Origin: an uncultured Gemmatimonadales bacterium | GTDB taxonomy: Bacteria; Gemmatimonadota; Gemmatimonadetes; Longimicrobiales; Gaopeijiaceae | Assembly (NCBI GenBank): GCA_963809895.1 | Contig: CAWELD010000003.1 | Coordinates: 992,001 to 1,056,000 of the forward strand | Direction: 5' to 3' | DNA: 64,000 nt | Part shown: one piece after another, positions 18,683 through 28,046 of the stretch | Numbering within the stretch: position 1 is the first letter of the stretch | Layout: each line of letters opens with the position of its first letter | Notes under the pieces: model-generated | The model's database searches: none | What the model saw: only the letters and a program-made list of their open reading frames with translations | What the model was told of the DNA's origin: nothing | Made by a program: the position numbers and the translations under genes

Positions 18683-20464
18683 ATGCATCGTCCGCTCCGC
18701 CGGAGGCTCCTGCCCGTCGTAGCCCTCGTCTTCGCTGCGTGCGGCACGCCCCAGCCCTCTCCGCAAGCACCGGCTCCCGAGGCGCCCGTGAACCCCGAGC
18801 CCGTGGCGGAGCCGGCGCCGGCCGAGCCGGCGGGCCCCGAGTTCCCGGCCCAGAACCGCCCCGACGTCCGGGGCACGCACGGCGCCGTATCCTCCGACCA
18901 TCCATTGGCTTCGGCCGTGGGATACCAGGTGTTGCGTGAGGGCGGGAACGCCATGGACGCCGCCATCGCCATGGCCGGCGTGCTGGCGGTGGTCCGCCCG
19001 CACATGAACGGCGTGGGCGGCGACGCCTTCGCGCTGTACTACGAGGCCTCGAGCGGAAAGGTCTTCGCCCTCAACGGCTCCGGACGGGCCGGTGCGCTGG
19101 CGACTCCCGGGTTCTTCGCGGCCGCGGGCCAGGACCAGGTACCTGCCGTGGGCGCGCTCACCGTGACGGTACCGGGCGCCGTGGCGGCCTGGGCCGACGC
19201 GCTGGAGCGCTTCGGGACCCGCACGCTGGCCGAGACCTTGCAACCCGCCATCGGGTACGCGCGCAACGGCTTCCCGGTCTCGACCCGGCTGGCCCGTGAC
19301 TTCGCCGAGGAGGGGGGAAACCTGGCCCCGGAGGCGCGGGCGGTCTACATGCCCGGCGGCCGCCCACCCCGTGTGGGCAGCCTGCTGCGCAACCCGCCAC
19401 TGGCGGCCACCCTGGAGGGCATCGCCGCCGAGGGCAAAGACGGATTCTACCGGGGGCCGGTGGCCGAGGCGCTGAGCGGATTCCTGGCCGAGCATGGCGG
19501 GTATCTGCGCGCCGAGGACTTCGCGGCCCACACCTCGACCTGGGTCGAACCCCTCTCCGCCGACTATCTGGGACACACCTTCCTGGTGCTCCCGCCCAAC
19601 TCCCAGGGGTTCGCACAGCTCCAGCAGATGGAGATGGCCAGCCACTTCGATCTCGCCGACATGGGATACGAGAGCGCCGACTATCTGCACACGCTCATCG
19701 AGATCAAGAAGCTGGCCTTCGCGGACCGGGACCGCTGGGTGGCGGATCCCGAGTTCGCGGACATCCCGTTGAACCGCTTGCTCGACCCGGCGTACCTGTC
19801 CGAGCGCGCCCGTCTCGTGGATCCCCGCCGCGCCGCGGGCGACCGTGAGCCCGGCGTGGGCGGTGCGGTGTCCGGCTCCGGCGGCGTCGGCGAGCTCGAC
19901 GACAGTGGCGACACCGTCTATCTGACGGTGGTGGACGATGAGGGCAACGCCGTGAGCTGGATCCAGAGCCTCTTCGCCGGATTCGGCTCGGGACTGCTGG
20001 AACCCACCACCGGCGTGTTGCTGCAGAACCGGGGCGCTCTCTTCACCCTGGAGGAGGGACATCCCAATCGAGTGGCGCCGGGCAAGCGGCCCTTCCACAC
20101 GCTGACGCCCATGATGGCGCTCCAGGACGGGGAGCTGGCCTTCACCATCGGCACCCCAGGCGGAGACTCCCAGACCCAGTCGCTCCTGCAGATCGTCAAC
20201 GCCATGCTGATCTTCGGCATGACACCCCAGGAGGCGGTGGAAGCGCCCCGCTTCCGGAGCTACGACGGCCGGGAGGTGGCGGTGGAGGACCGCATCCCCG
20301 CCGACGTGCGGGCCGAGCTGGAGGCCCGGGGCCACGAGCTCCGGGTGATCCACGGTTGGACCGCCACCTTCGGCGGCGCCCAGATGATCCGCATCGAGCC
20401 ACGGTCAGGCACCCTGACGGCCGCCGCCGACCCCCGACGCGAAGCCTACGCCATCGCCTACTGA
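18683..20464 (+). CDS. ggt: Gamma-glutamyltransferase (probable lipoprotein)
   Basis: 'GGNAMDAA', 'GVGGDAF', 'GDTVY' autoproteolysis Thr, 'PGKRPFHTL', 'DPRRE'; lipobox FAAC. Confidence 0.93.
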   Translation: MHRPLRRRLLPVVALVFAACGTPQPSPQAPAPEAPVNPEPVAEPAPAEPAGPEFPAQNRPDVRGTHGAVSSDHPLASAVGYQVLREGGNAMDAAIAMAGVLAVVRPHMNGVGGDAFALYYEASSGKVFALNGSGRAGALATPGFFAAAGQDQVPAVGALTVTVPGAVAAWADALERFGTRTLAETLQPAIGYARNGFPVSTRLARDFAEEGGNLAPEARAVYMPGGRPPRVGSLLRNPPLAATLEGIAAEGKDGFYRGPVAEALSGFLAEHGGYLRAEDFAAHTSTWVEPLSADYLGHTFLVLPPNSQGFAQLQQMEMASHFDLADMGYESADYLHTLIEIKKLAFADRDRWVADPEFADIPLNRLLDPAYLSERARLVDPRRAAGDREPGVGGAVSGSGGVGELDDSGDTVYLTVVDDEGNAVSWIQSLFAGFGSGLLEPTTGVLLQNRGALFTLEEGHPNRVAPGKRPFHTLTPMMALQDGELAFTIGTPGGDSQTQSLLQIVNAMLIFGMTPQEAVEAPRFRSYDGREVAVEDRIPADVRAELEARGHELRVIHGWTATFGGAQMIRIEPRSGTLTAAADPRREAYAIAY

Positions 20465-20482
20465 ACCGGGAATCACCGCACC

Positions 20483-20857
20483 ATGGACCGCACCTTCACT
20501 GCCGTGGCCGCACTGTTCGGATTCCTCGGCGTCGCCCTGGGCGCCTTCGGGGCGCACGCCCTGCGCGCCAGCCTGGATCCCCGCGACCTTGAAATCTTCG
20601 AGACCGCGGTACGGTATCAACTCGTGCACGCCGTGGCCCTCCTGGGGGTGGCGTGGGCGTGGACCCGCTGGCCCGGCACGGCCACGGTGACCGCCGGATG
20701 GCTCTTCGTGGCGGGCATCCTGATCTTCTCCGGCAGCCTGTACGCGCTGGTCCTCACCGGCCAGCGCTGGATGGGAGCGATCACGCCGGTGGGCGGCGTC
20801 GCCTTTCTCGCGGGCTGGTTGGCGCTGGGATGGGCCGCCGCCATGAGCCACGCCTGA
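20483..20857 (+). CDS. DUF423 (YgdD/TMEM256) membrane protein
   Basis: 'GAFGAH', 'FETAVRYQ..HA', 'FSGSLY', 'ITPVGG'. Confidence 0.92.
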   Translation: MDRTFTAVAALFGFLGVALGAFGAHALRASLDPRDLEIFETAVRYQLVHAVALLGVAWAWTRWPGTATVTAGWLFVAGILIFSGSLYALVLTGQRWMGAITPVGGVAFLAGWLALGWAAAMSHA

Positions 20858-20960
20858 TCCGGAACCCAGGAACCGGGCCTCGCGCCCGGGTGTTCAACTG
20901 TGCGGAAACGGGGCTCTCGGGCGCCGCTTCCGCCACCCCTCGCACACCAGGATCGACTGC

Positions 20961-23000
20961 ATGAAGCGCGCTGTGACACTCCTGCCGCTGGCCCTGTTCG
21001 GGCTTGCGGCCTGCAACGACTCGGGCACCAAGCCGCCGGACGTGGACCGGGTCGACGTGACTCCCGCCGAGTCGGCCCTCGGCAGCCTCGGCGCCACCGC
21101 GCAGTTCAGCGCCCAGGCCCGGGACCCCAGCGGTGCGCCGCTGAGCGGTCTGGACTACTCCTGGAGCTCCAGCGATCCCACCGTGGCCACCGTGGACGCC
21201 ACCGGTGAGGCCACCGCGGTATCGGCCGGCGAAACCAACATCGAGGCATCGACGGAAGGCGTGACCGGCTCGGCCCGTCTCGTGATCCGGGAGTGCGGCG
21301 CGCCGCTGTCGCTGGCGCCGGGCGAGTACACGGTGCTGGACATCAGCAGCCAGGACCTGTGTGGCTTCATCCTGCCGGCCGGCAACGCCGGTGACCGCTA
21401 CCGGGTCGGTGTGGTACGAACCGGGAGCGACGCCACCGCCACCGACGTTCCCACGGTGTCGGTGGAGGTCACGGGACTGGGCGTCACGGCGCAGGCACCC
21501 TACGTGGACGAGACCATCACCACGGCGCAGGCGGCCTCTGCCCTGCCCCGCATCGCCGATCCCCAGCTCGTCGCCGCGGCCCGCATGGACGAAGAAACCA
21601 GCCGTTTCCACATGCGCATGCGGGAGCAGGAGGCCCGCATGATCCAGGCCATGGGCACCAGGGGGCTCCTGCCCGACCGCCGCGCCACCGGGCCCCTGGC
21701 GTCCGCCCGGGTGGCGCCCGTCGACTCGCCGGACCGCATCATGATCGATCCGTCCACGCCGTCGTTCTGCACGCCGGCGGGCACGCCGACCCCGGCCTTC
21801 AAGATCGCCGAAAACGAGGATCTGGCCATCTACCAGGACAGTGCCCAGTCCGTGAACCTCCCGGTCACGGCCGACCAGGCTCAGCAGGTCCTGGACTTCT
21901 ACAGCACCTACGGTAAGCCCATCATCCAGGACTACTTCGAGGGCATCGGCGACATCGACGGCAACGGCAAGGTGGTGGTCATCATCCACCCCACCGTGCA
22001 GAGCGGCACCGCAGCCTTCGTGTGGAGCGGTGACTTCTTCTCCAAGGCCGACTGCCCGGCCTCCAACGAGATGGAGCTCATCTTCTTCAACGCCAGCCTC
22101 TTCCGGGGCCTGGACGACGGCAATTTCCAGGCGTTGACGACTTTGGTGCACGAGATGAAGCACGTGAGCTCCCTCTACAAGTCCATCGCCCGCAGCAACC
22201 GCCTCGGCCAGAGCTCGTATCATCCGAGCTGGATCGAGGAGGGAGCGGCGGAGATCGCCGGCAACATGGCGTCCCGGCGAGCCTGGGCGGCGGTGGGCGG
22301 CCCCGCGCCCAACGACAAGCTCGTCTCGGCCAACATCCGCAATCAGGGGGGCGCCGACGGCGGCGGCCTCAAGCCCGAGTTCTATGGCGTGGCCATCCGG
22401 ATGCTGCGCGTACAGGGCTACCTCGCGAGCCAGCCCAACGGGGTGGTGGTGGACCCGGTCGGGGCCAGCGACGATCACAGCATCTACGGGTCCGGGTGGA
22501 CCTTCCTGCGGTGGCTGGGCGACGCCTACGGGAACGGCGGCAGCGCGCCCTACGCCGACGCGCCCTTCTTCCGGGAACAGGTCGACTCGCTCAGCCCGGC
22601 TGGCGTGGCGGGATTGGAATCGCTCACCGGAAGGACGTTCGCGCAGCTCATGGAAGAGTACGCCGTGGCGGTCATGACCAACGGCACCCCGGCTCCGCAG
22701 CCGACCCGGGCCTTCAGCGAGTACGACTTCGTGTCGGCGGTGGAGACCTTCTGCTTCGCGGCGGACAACCCGCCCTGCGACGGCTCCGCCGCCGGCCCCG
22801 CAGGCACCTTCCCCTGGCCGGTGACCACGCAGTCCGACGGCATCATGTACCGCTTCTTCAACGACGCCACCTTCCAGGGCAAGATCGGCCCCACGGGGCT
22901 GCGCATCCACGAGCTCAGGAGCAACGGCACCGGTCAGGGTGCCGAGATCGTCGTCGACGGGCCGTCCGACGCCAAGGTGGTGGTGGTCAGGATCCTGTAG
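20961..23000 (+). CDS. Lipoprotein with Ig-like (Big_2) domain and zinc metallopeptidase domain
   Basis: Lipobox LAAC; 'WSSSDPTVATVDATG' Ig motif; 'HEMKH' plus 'WIEEGAAE' gluzincin motifs. Confidence 0.75.
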   Translation: MKRAVTLLPLALFGLAACNDSGTKPPDVDRVDVTPAESALGSLGATAQFSAQARDPSGAPLSGLDYSWSSSDPTVATVDATGEATAVSAGETNIEASTEGVTGSARLVIRECGAPLSLAPGEYTVLDISSQDLCGFILPAGNAGDRYRVGVVRTGSDATATDVPTVSVEVTGLGVTAQAPYVDETITTAQAASALPRIADPQLVAAARMDEETSRFHMRMREQEARMIQAMGTRGLLPDRRATGPLASARVAPVDSPDRIMIDPSTPSFCTPAGTPTPAFKIAENEDLAIYQDSAQSVNLPVTADQAQQVLDFYSTYGKPIIQDYFEGIGDIDGNGKVVVIIHPTVQSGTAAFVWSGDFFSKADCPASNEMELIFFNASLFRGLDDGNFQALTTLVHEMKHVSSLYKSIARSNRLGQSSYHPSWIEEGAAEIAGNMASRRAWAAVGGPAPNDKLVSANIRNQGGADGGGLKPEFYGVAIRMLRVQGYLASQPNGVVVDPVGASDDHSIYGSGWTFLRWLGDAYGNGGSAPYADAPFFREQVDSLSPAGVAGLESLTGRTFAQLMEEYAVAVMTNGTPAPQPTRAFSEYDFVSAVETFCFAADNPPCDGSAAGPAGTFPWPVTTQSDGIMYRFFNDATFQGKIGPTGLRIHELRSNGTGQGAEIVVDGPSDAKVVVVRIL

Positions 23001-24000
23001 CGGGCCCGCTCCCGGCGAGCACGCGCCGTAGCACGGAGAGGTCGAGGTTCCCGCCGCTGAGCACCACCGCCAGCGGACGGGGATCCGGCCTCTCCGCACG
23101 CAGATCCCCCTGGAGCAGCGCCGCCAGCGCCACGGCGCCCCCGCCTTCGAGGAGCAGGCCACGCCGGAAGCCGGCCGCGATGGCGCTTACGATGGCGTCT
23201 TCGTCCACCAGCAGGTGGCGATCGACGTACGCACGGACCAGCGCCAGCGTCACGCGGTTGTCCAGGCCGATGCCGCCGGCCAGGGCAGTCGCCAGCGTCT
23301 CCTCTTCCGGAAGCTCGACGGGTCGCCCGGCCTGCAGGCTCTCCCACATGACGCGGGCGGCGCGAGCCGACACCGCCGTCACCGCGACGTCACGTCCCCG
23401 CTGGGCCAGCGCACGGCCCATGCCCCCGGCCAGTCCTCCTCCCGAGAGCGGGATCGCCACCTCACCCACGTCCGGCAGCGCCTCCAGGATCTCCAGGGCG
23501 ACGGTCCCCTGCCCCGCGGCGATGTGCTCATCGTCGAAGGGTGGCACGAAGGTCAGCCCGCGCTCGCGGGCGACCTCGAGGGCGTGGGCCTCGGCCTCGT
23601 CGTAGGAATCCCCCACCAGCAGCGCTTCGGCCCCGTGATGCCGGATCGCCGCGAGCTTCACGGGATCCACCCAGGAAGGCACGCACACGGTGGCGGGAAT
23701 CCCCAGGCGCTCGGCCACGAACGCCACCGCGCGTCCGTGGTTGCCGCTGGAGCAGGTGACGACGCCCCGCGCCCGCAGCTCGGGGGTGAGGGCGGACAGG
23801 TGCGCCGCCGCGCCGCGCACCTTGAATGACCCCGTCTCCTGAAGCGATTCCAGCTTCAGCCACACGGGCCGCCCCGCCAACTCGTCCAGATCGGGAGCCC
23901 GCAGGAGCGGAGACGGCCCCACCACGGTACGAACCGCGCGCAGGGCCGCCTCCAGATCCAACGACGGGGCCTCGTCGGGCCCCGCGGAACGCTCGTTCAA
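22987..24000 (-). CDS. PLP-dependent threonine/serine dehydratase family protein
   Basis: 'ETGSFKVRG', 'SSGNHG', 'AGQGT', 'SGGN'. Confidence 0.9.
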   Translation of the reverse strand: MNERSAGPDEAPSLDLEAALRAVRTVVGPSPLLRAPDLDELAGRPVWLKLESLQETGSFKVRGAAAHLSALTPELRARGVVTCSSGNHGRAVAFVAERLGIPATVCVPSWVDPVKLAAIRHHGAEALLVGDSYDEAEAHALEVARERGLTFVPPFDDEHIAAGQGTVALEILEALPDVGEVAIPLSGGGLAGGMGRALAQRGRDVAVTAVSARAARVMWESLQAGRPVELPEEETLATALAGGIGLDNRVTLALVRAYVDRHLLVDEDAIVSAIAAGFRRGLLLEGGGAVALAALLQGDLRAERPDPRPLAVVLSGGNLDLSVLRRVLAGSGPATGS

Positions 24001-24197
24001 TCGGCGACCACGAAGGTCACCTTGGCGTTCACCCGGTACTTGGCGATGCTCCCGTCCTTGACGATGCCCTGGAAGTCGGTGATGTAGACCGTGCGGATGT
24101 TGCGCACCGACTTGGAAGCTTCGGCGACGGCGTTCTCAGCGGCGTGCTCGATGCTCTCGCCTTCAGCCAGGACTTCGATGACTTTTGCTACGGACAT
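23997..24197 (-). CDS. Dodecin family flavin-binding protein
   Basis: 'VAKVIEV', 'ASKSVRNI', 'YRVNAKVTF'. Confidence 0.9.
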   Translation of the reverse strand: MSVAKVIEVLAEGESIEHAAENAVAEASKSVRNIRTVYITDFQGIVKDGSIAKYRVNAKVTFVVAD

Positions 24198-24282
24198 GGT
24201 TCGTCCTCCTCTGGAGTAGCGGGCTCGTCCACGAAGGGTAACCTTGCCGCACCGCCGCTCTCAACTCGACGACCCCGCGCCC

Positions 24283-25095
24283 ATGCCCACGCTGCACCAC
24301 GACCGCATCACCGCCGACGGTGCCCACCCGGATCGCTGGATGCTCGTCCTGCACGGCATCTACGGCGCCGGTCGCAACTGGGGCTCGGTGGCCCGACGCT
24401 TCGTCGACCTCCGCCCCGGGTGGGGCGCCGTGCCTGTGGATCTCCGCCAGCACGGTCGCTCCCAGGGTTTCGAGTCGCCGCACACGCTGGCGGCCTGCGC
24501 CGACGACCTGGACGCGCTGCTGGCGGAGGAGGACCTCCCGGTGCGGGCCATCCTGGGCCACTCCTTCGGCGGCAAGGTGGCGCTGGTCTGGGCCCGCCGC
24601 ACGAGCGCCCCGCTGGAGCGCATCTGGGTCATCGACTCCACGCCCGAACGGCGGGAGCCCGAGGGCAGCGCCTGGGGCATGCTGCGCGTGCTGCGAGGCC
24701 ATCCCGGACCCTTCACCACCCGCGAAGCCGCGGTACAGGCCGTGGCCGACGAGGGCTACCCGGATGCGGTGGCGCAGTGGATGACCACCAACCTGAAGCG
24801 CGGCGTGGATGGCGCCTTCCACTGGCGCCTGGATCCCGACGACATGGAGGCGCTGCTCCGGGACTTCTTCGAGACCGATGCCTGGGACGTGCTCGAGGAT
24901 CCGCCCGAGGGGTGCGAGATCCACGTGGTGAAGGCGCGGGCGTCGGGCGTGCTGGGCCCGGAGGCCGTGGCGCGCATCGAGGCGGCCGGCCAGGCCAACG
25001 GTCAGGTCTTCCTGCACACCCTCGAGGGCGGCCACTGGCTCAACGCCGACAACCCCGAGGGGCTCCAGGCGCTGCTGCTGGAGCACATGCCCTAG
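24283..25095 (+). CDS. Alpha/beta hydrolase (YbfF-like esterase)
   Basis: 'LHGIYG..RNW', 'DLRQHGRS', 'GHSFGGK', 'GHWLNADNP'. Confidence 0.88.
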   Translation: MPTLHHDRITADGAHPDRWMLVLHGIYGAGRNWGSVARRFVDLRPGWGAVPVDLRQHGRSQGFESPHTLAACADDLDALLAEEDLPVRAILGHSFGGKVALVWARRTSAPLERIWVIDSTPERREPEGSAWGMLRVLRGHPGPFTTREAAVQAVADEGYPDAVAQWMTTNLKRGVDGAFHWRLDPDDMEALLRDFFETDAWDVLEDPPEGCEIHVVKARASGVLGPEAVARIEAAGQANGQVFLHTLEGGHWLNADNPEGLQALLLEHMP

Positions 25096-25107
25096 CAGCC
25101 CGCCTCG

Positions 25108-26160
25108 TCAGCGGAAACGGGCCTGGATCTCCTCCAGCGCGTCGGCCCCCGGGCACAGCTCGTCGAAGGGCAGATCGAAGAGCCGCCGGTCCACCGTGTC
25201 CAGCGTCTCGTGCATCTCTTCGGAACCCGTCTCGATGAAGAGCAGCCCCGTGGGGAGCTCCCCGGCCTTCTGCCGCTCGCGCAGATAGGCGTACACCGTG
25301 TCGCGGTCGGTGGGATCGTAGTCCTCGGGCACCTTGCGGAAGCGCACCACGCTGCCGTCGTGCATGGTCACGTCGCGGGCGGCGCCGCCTTCGTACGAGG
25401 CGGTGATCTCGGTCAGCGGGGGCACGAAGTCGGCGACCACCACCGGCCGGTTCTGCTCGCGCGTGTAGCGGTAGCTCTTGGTGGAGGCCTCGTGGTCGTT
25501 GAAGGTCACGCACGGCGACACCACGTCCACCAGCGAGAAGCCCTTGTGGCGGATGGCGCTCTCCAGGATCGGCACGAGCTGATTCTTGTCGCCGGAAAAG
25601 CTCCGGGCCACGAAGGTGGCGCCCAGGCTCAGCGCCAGGAACACGGGATCGATGGGGCGCTGACGGTTGGGCTCGCCTTTCTTGGACTTGGAGCCCAGAT
25701 CGGCCGAGGCCGAGAACTGACCCTTGGTGAGTCCGTAGACCCCGTTGTTCTCGAGGACGTAGGCCATGTTCACGTTGCGGCGAATGGCGTGGGCCAACTG
25801 CCCGAGGCCGATGGAGAGCGAATCGCCGTCTCCGGAGATGCCGATGCACACCAGGTCGCAGTTGGCGGCGGCCGCTCCGGTGGCCAGCGCAGGCATGCGC
25901 CCGTGCACCCCGTTGAAGCCGTGGGCCTGACCGAGGAAATACGTGGGCGTCTTGGCCGAGCAGCCGATCCCGCTGAGCTTCGCCACCTGATGCGGCGGGA
26001 TGTCCAGGCGGAAGAACGCTTCGATGATGGCCGCGGTGACGGAATCGTGGCCGCAGCCCGCGCACAGCGTGGACATGCTGCCCTCGTAGTCCCGGCGGGT
26101 GAGGCCGGCGGCGTTCACCTTGAGGCTGGGATGCCGGACCTTCGGCTTGGGGGTGCTCAC
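25108..26160 (-). CDS. 2-oxoacid:ferredoxin oxidoreductase beta subunit
   Basis: 'LCAGCG', 'SGIGCS', 'HGR', TPP motif 'GDGD...NNGVYGLTKGQ', 'SPCVTFN'. Confidence 0.93.
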   Translation of the reverse strand: MSTPKPKVRHPSLKVNAAGLTRRDYEGSMSTLCAGCGHDSVTAAIIEAFFRLDIPPHQVAKLSGIGCSAKTPTYFLGQAHGFNGVHGRMPALATGAAAANCDLVCIGISGDGDSLSIGLGQLAHAIRRNVNMAYVLENNGVYGLTKGQFSASADLGSKSKKGEPNRQRPIDPVFLALSLGATFVARSFSGDKNQLVPILESAIRHKGFSLVDVVSPCVTFNDHEASTKSYRYTREQNRPVVVADFVPPLTEITASYEGGAARDVTMHDGSVVRFRKVPEDYDPTDRDTVYAYLRERQKAGELPTGLLFIETGSEEMHETLDTVDRRLFDLPFDELCPGADALEEIQARFR

Positions 26161-28046
26161 GAGGCCTTCTCCGTGTCCAGGGACCTGACGTCGGGCGCGG
26201 GCTGCTGCAGGTGCGGCCGGATCTCGTCCGCCGCTTCACCCCCGGCCAGGGGCAATCCCCCGTAGCGACGCACGGACACGAGACGCCCCGGGTCGGCGCC
26301 GGCCTCGTTCACCAGGAGCTGCCGGAGCTGCGCGTCGCGATTCTGCTCGATGACGAACACCCGATCGTGCTCGGCCACGAAGGCCGCCACGTCGTCACCG
26401 AAGGGGAAGCCCCGCACACGCATGTAATCCAGGGCGTGCCCCTCGGCCTCCAGTCGGGCGCGGGCCTCCAGCACCCCCGCACGGCACCCGCCGATGGTGA
26501 GCAGGGCGTCGCGGGCTCCCGCCGTGCGCAGAACCTCGGGCGCCGGCACCTTGGACGCCGCCGAGCGCACCTTGCGGTCCAGCCGGTCCACGACCTCCAT
26601 GTACGGCCCCGCGTCTTCGGTGTAGCGGGCGTGGGAGTCGTGGCCCGAGCCCCGGGTGAAGTAGGCGCCCTTCTCCGAGATCCCCGGGAGCGTCCGGTAG
26701 GGGATCTCGTCGCCGTCCACGTCCAGGTAGCGCGAGAACGAGGTCACCCGCTCCAGCGCCTCGGCGTCCAGCACCTTGCCCCGGTCCGGCTGGTAGGCGT
26801 CGTCCCAGGCCAGCGCCGGCACGACCCAGTCGTTCATGCCGATGTCCAGGTCCGAGACCACGAACACGGGGGTCTGAAAGCGCTCGGCCAGGTCGAAGGC
26901 CTGGACCGCGAACTCGAAGCACTCCCTGGGATTTCCGGGAAAGAGCGCGATGTGGCGGGTGTCGCCGTGCGACGCGTACACCACGGTCATGAGGTCGCCC
27001 TGCTGCGTGCGCGTGGGCATCCCCGTCGACGGGCCCGTGCGCTGAATGTCGAAGAAGACGCTGGGGATCTCGGTGTAGTACGCCAGCCCGATGAACTCGC
27101 CCATGAGGCTGATGCCGGGCCCGCTGGTGGCCGTGAAGGACCGGGCCCCGGCCCAGGCGGCCCCGATGACCATGCCCGCGGCGGCCAGCTCGTCTTCGGC
27201 CTGCAGGATGGCGAAGCGGTTGCGACCGGTGTCGGGATCACGGCGGCGCGCCTTGCAGAAGGCCGAAAAGGCGTCCACCAGCGAGGTCGACGGGGTGATG
27301 GGGTACCAGGCGGCAACGGTGGCGCCGGCGTAGACGCAGCCCAGCGCGGCGGCCGTGTTGCCGTCGATGAGGATGGCGTCGCCCAGCGCGTCCAGCCGCT
27401 TCAGCCGGGCGGGCAGCGGACACTCGAAGTGCTCCAGGGCGTAGTCGTAGCCCATCTGGAACGCCTCGAAGTTGGAGTCCAGGAGCGCCTTCTTGCGTCC
27501 GAACATCTCCTGGAGGAGCGTCTCCACCACCTGGACCTCGACCTCGAGCAGCGCCGCCAGCGCCCCGAGATAGCCCACGTTCTTCATGAGGATGCGCTCG
27601 CGGGAGCGTTCGAAGCGCTCCACGCACATGCGCGCCAGCGGAATCCCCAGGAAGGTGACGTCGGGGCGCCGCAGCCCCGGCTTGAGCTCCCAGGACGAGT
27701 CGTGCAGCACCCACCCTCCGTGGCGCACCTCGGCGATGTCCCGCTCGTAGGTCTGCGGGTTCATGGCCACGAACAGATCGAAGGCATCGGCCCGGCCCGT
27801 GTGCCCGGCCCCGTTGGCCCGGATCTCGTACCAGGTGGGCAGACCCTGGATGTTGGACGGGAACAGGTTCTTGCCCGACACGGGGATCCCCATGCGGAAG
27901 ATGGCCTGCAGCAGGAGGGAGTTGGCGCTGGCGGAGCCCGTCCCGTTGACGGTCGCGATCTTGAGGGCGAAGTCGTTCAGGCCGGAGCGCGGCGCAGCGC
28001 CGTTCATGGCGGCGCCCGCCCCGGCCGCCATCTCAGGTTCTGGCAT
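26157..28046 (-). CDS. 2-oxoacid:ferredoxin oxidoreductase alpha subunit
   Basis: 'YPITPS', 'QAEDE', 'ATSGPG', 'QRTGPSTGMPT'. Confidence 0.93.
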   Translation of the reverse strand: MPEPEMAAGAGAAMNGAAPRSGLNDFALKIATVNGTGSASANSLLLQAIFRMGIPVSGKNLFPSNIQGLPTWYEIRANGAGHTGRADAFDLFVAMNPQTYERDIAEVRHGGWVLHDSSWELKPGLRRPDVTFLGIPLARMCVERFERSRERILMKNVGYLGALAALLEVEVQVVETLLQEMFGRKKALLDSNFEAFQMGYDYALEHFECPLPARLKRLDALGDAILIDGNTAAALGCVYAGATVAAWYPITPSTSLVDAFSAFCKARRRDPDTGRNRFAILQAEDELAAAGMVIGAAWAGARSFTATSGPGISLMGEFIGLAYYTEIPSVFFDIQRTGPSTGMPTRTQQGDLMTVVYASHGDTRHIALFPGNPRECFEFAVQAFDLAERFQTPVFVVSDLDIGMNDWVVPALAWDDAYQPDRGKVLDAEALERVTSFSRYLDVDGDEIPYRTLPGISEKGAYFTRGSGHDSHARYTEDAGPYMEVVDRLDRKVRSAASKVPAPEVLRTAGARDALLTIGGCRAGVLEARARLEAEGHALDYMRVRGFPFGDDVAAFVAEHDRVFVIEQNRDAQLRQLLVNEAGADPGRLVSVRRYGGLPLAGGEAADEIRPHLQQPAPDVRSLDTEKAS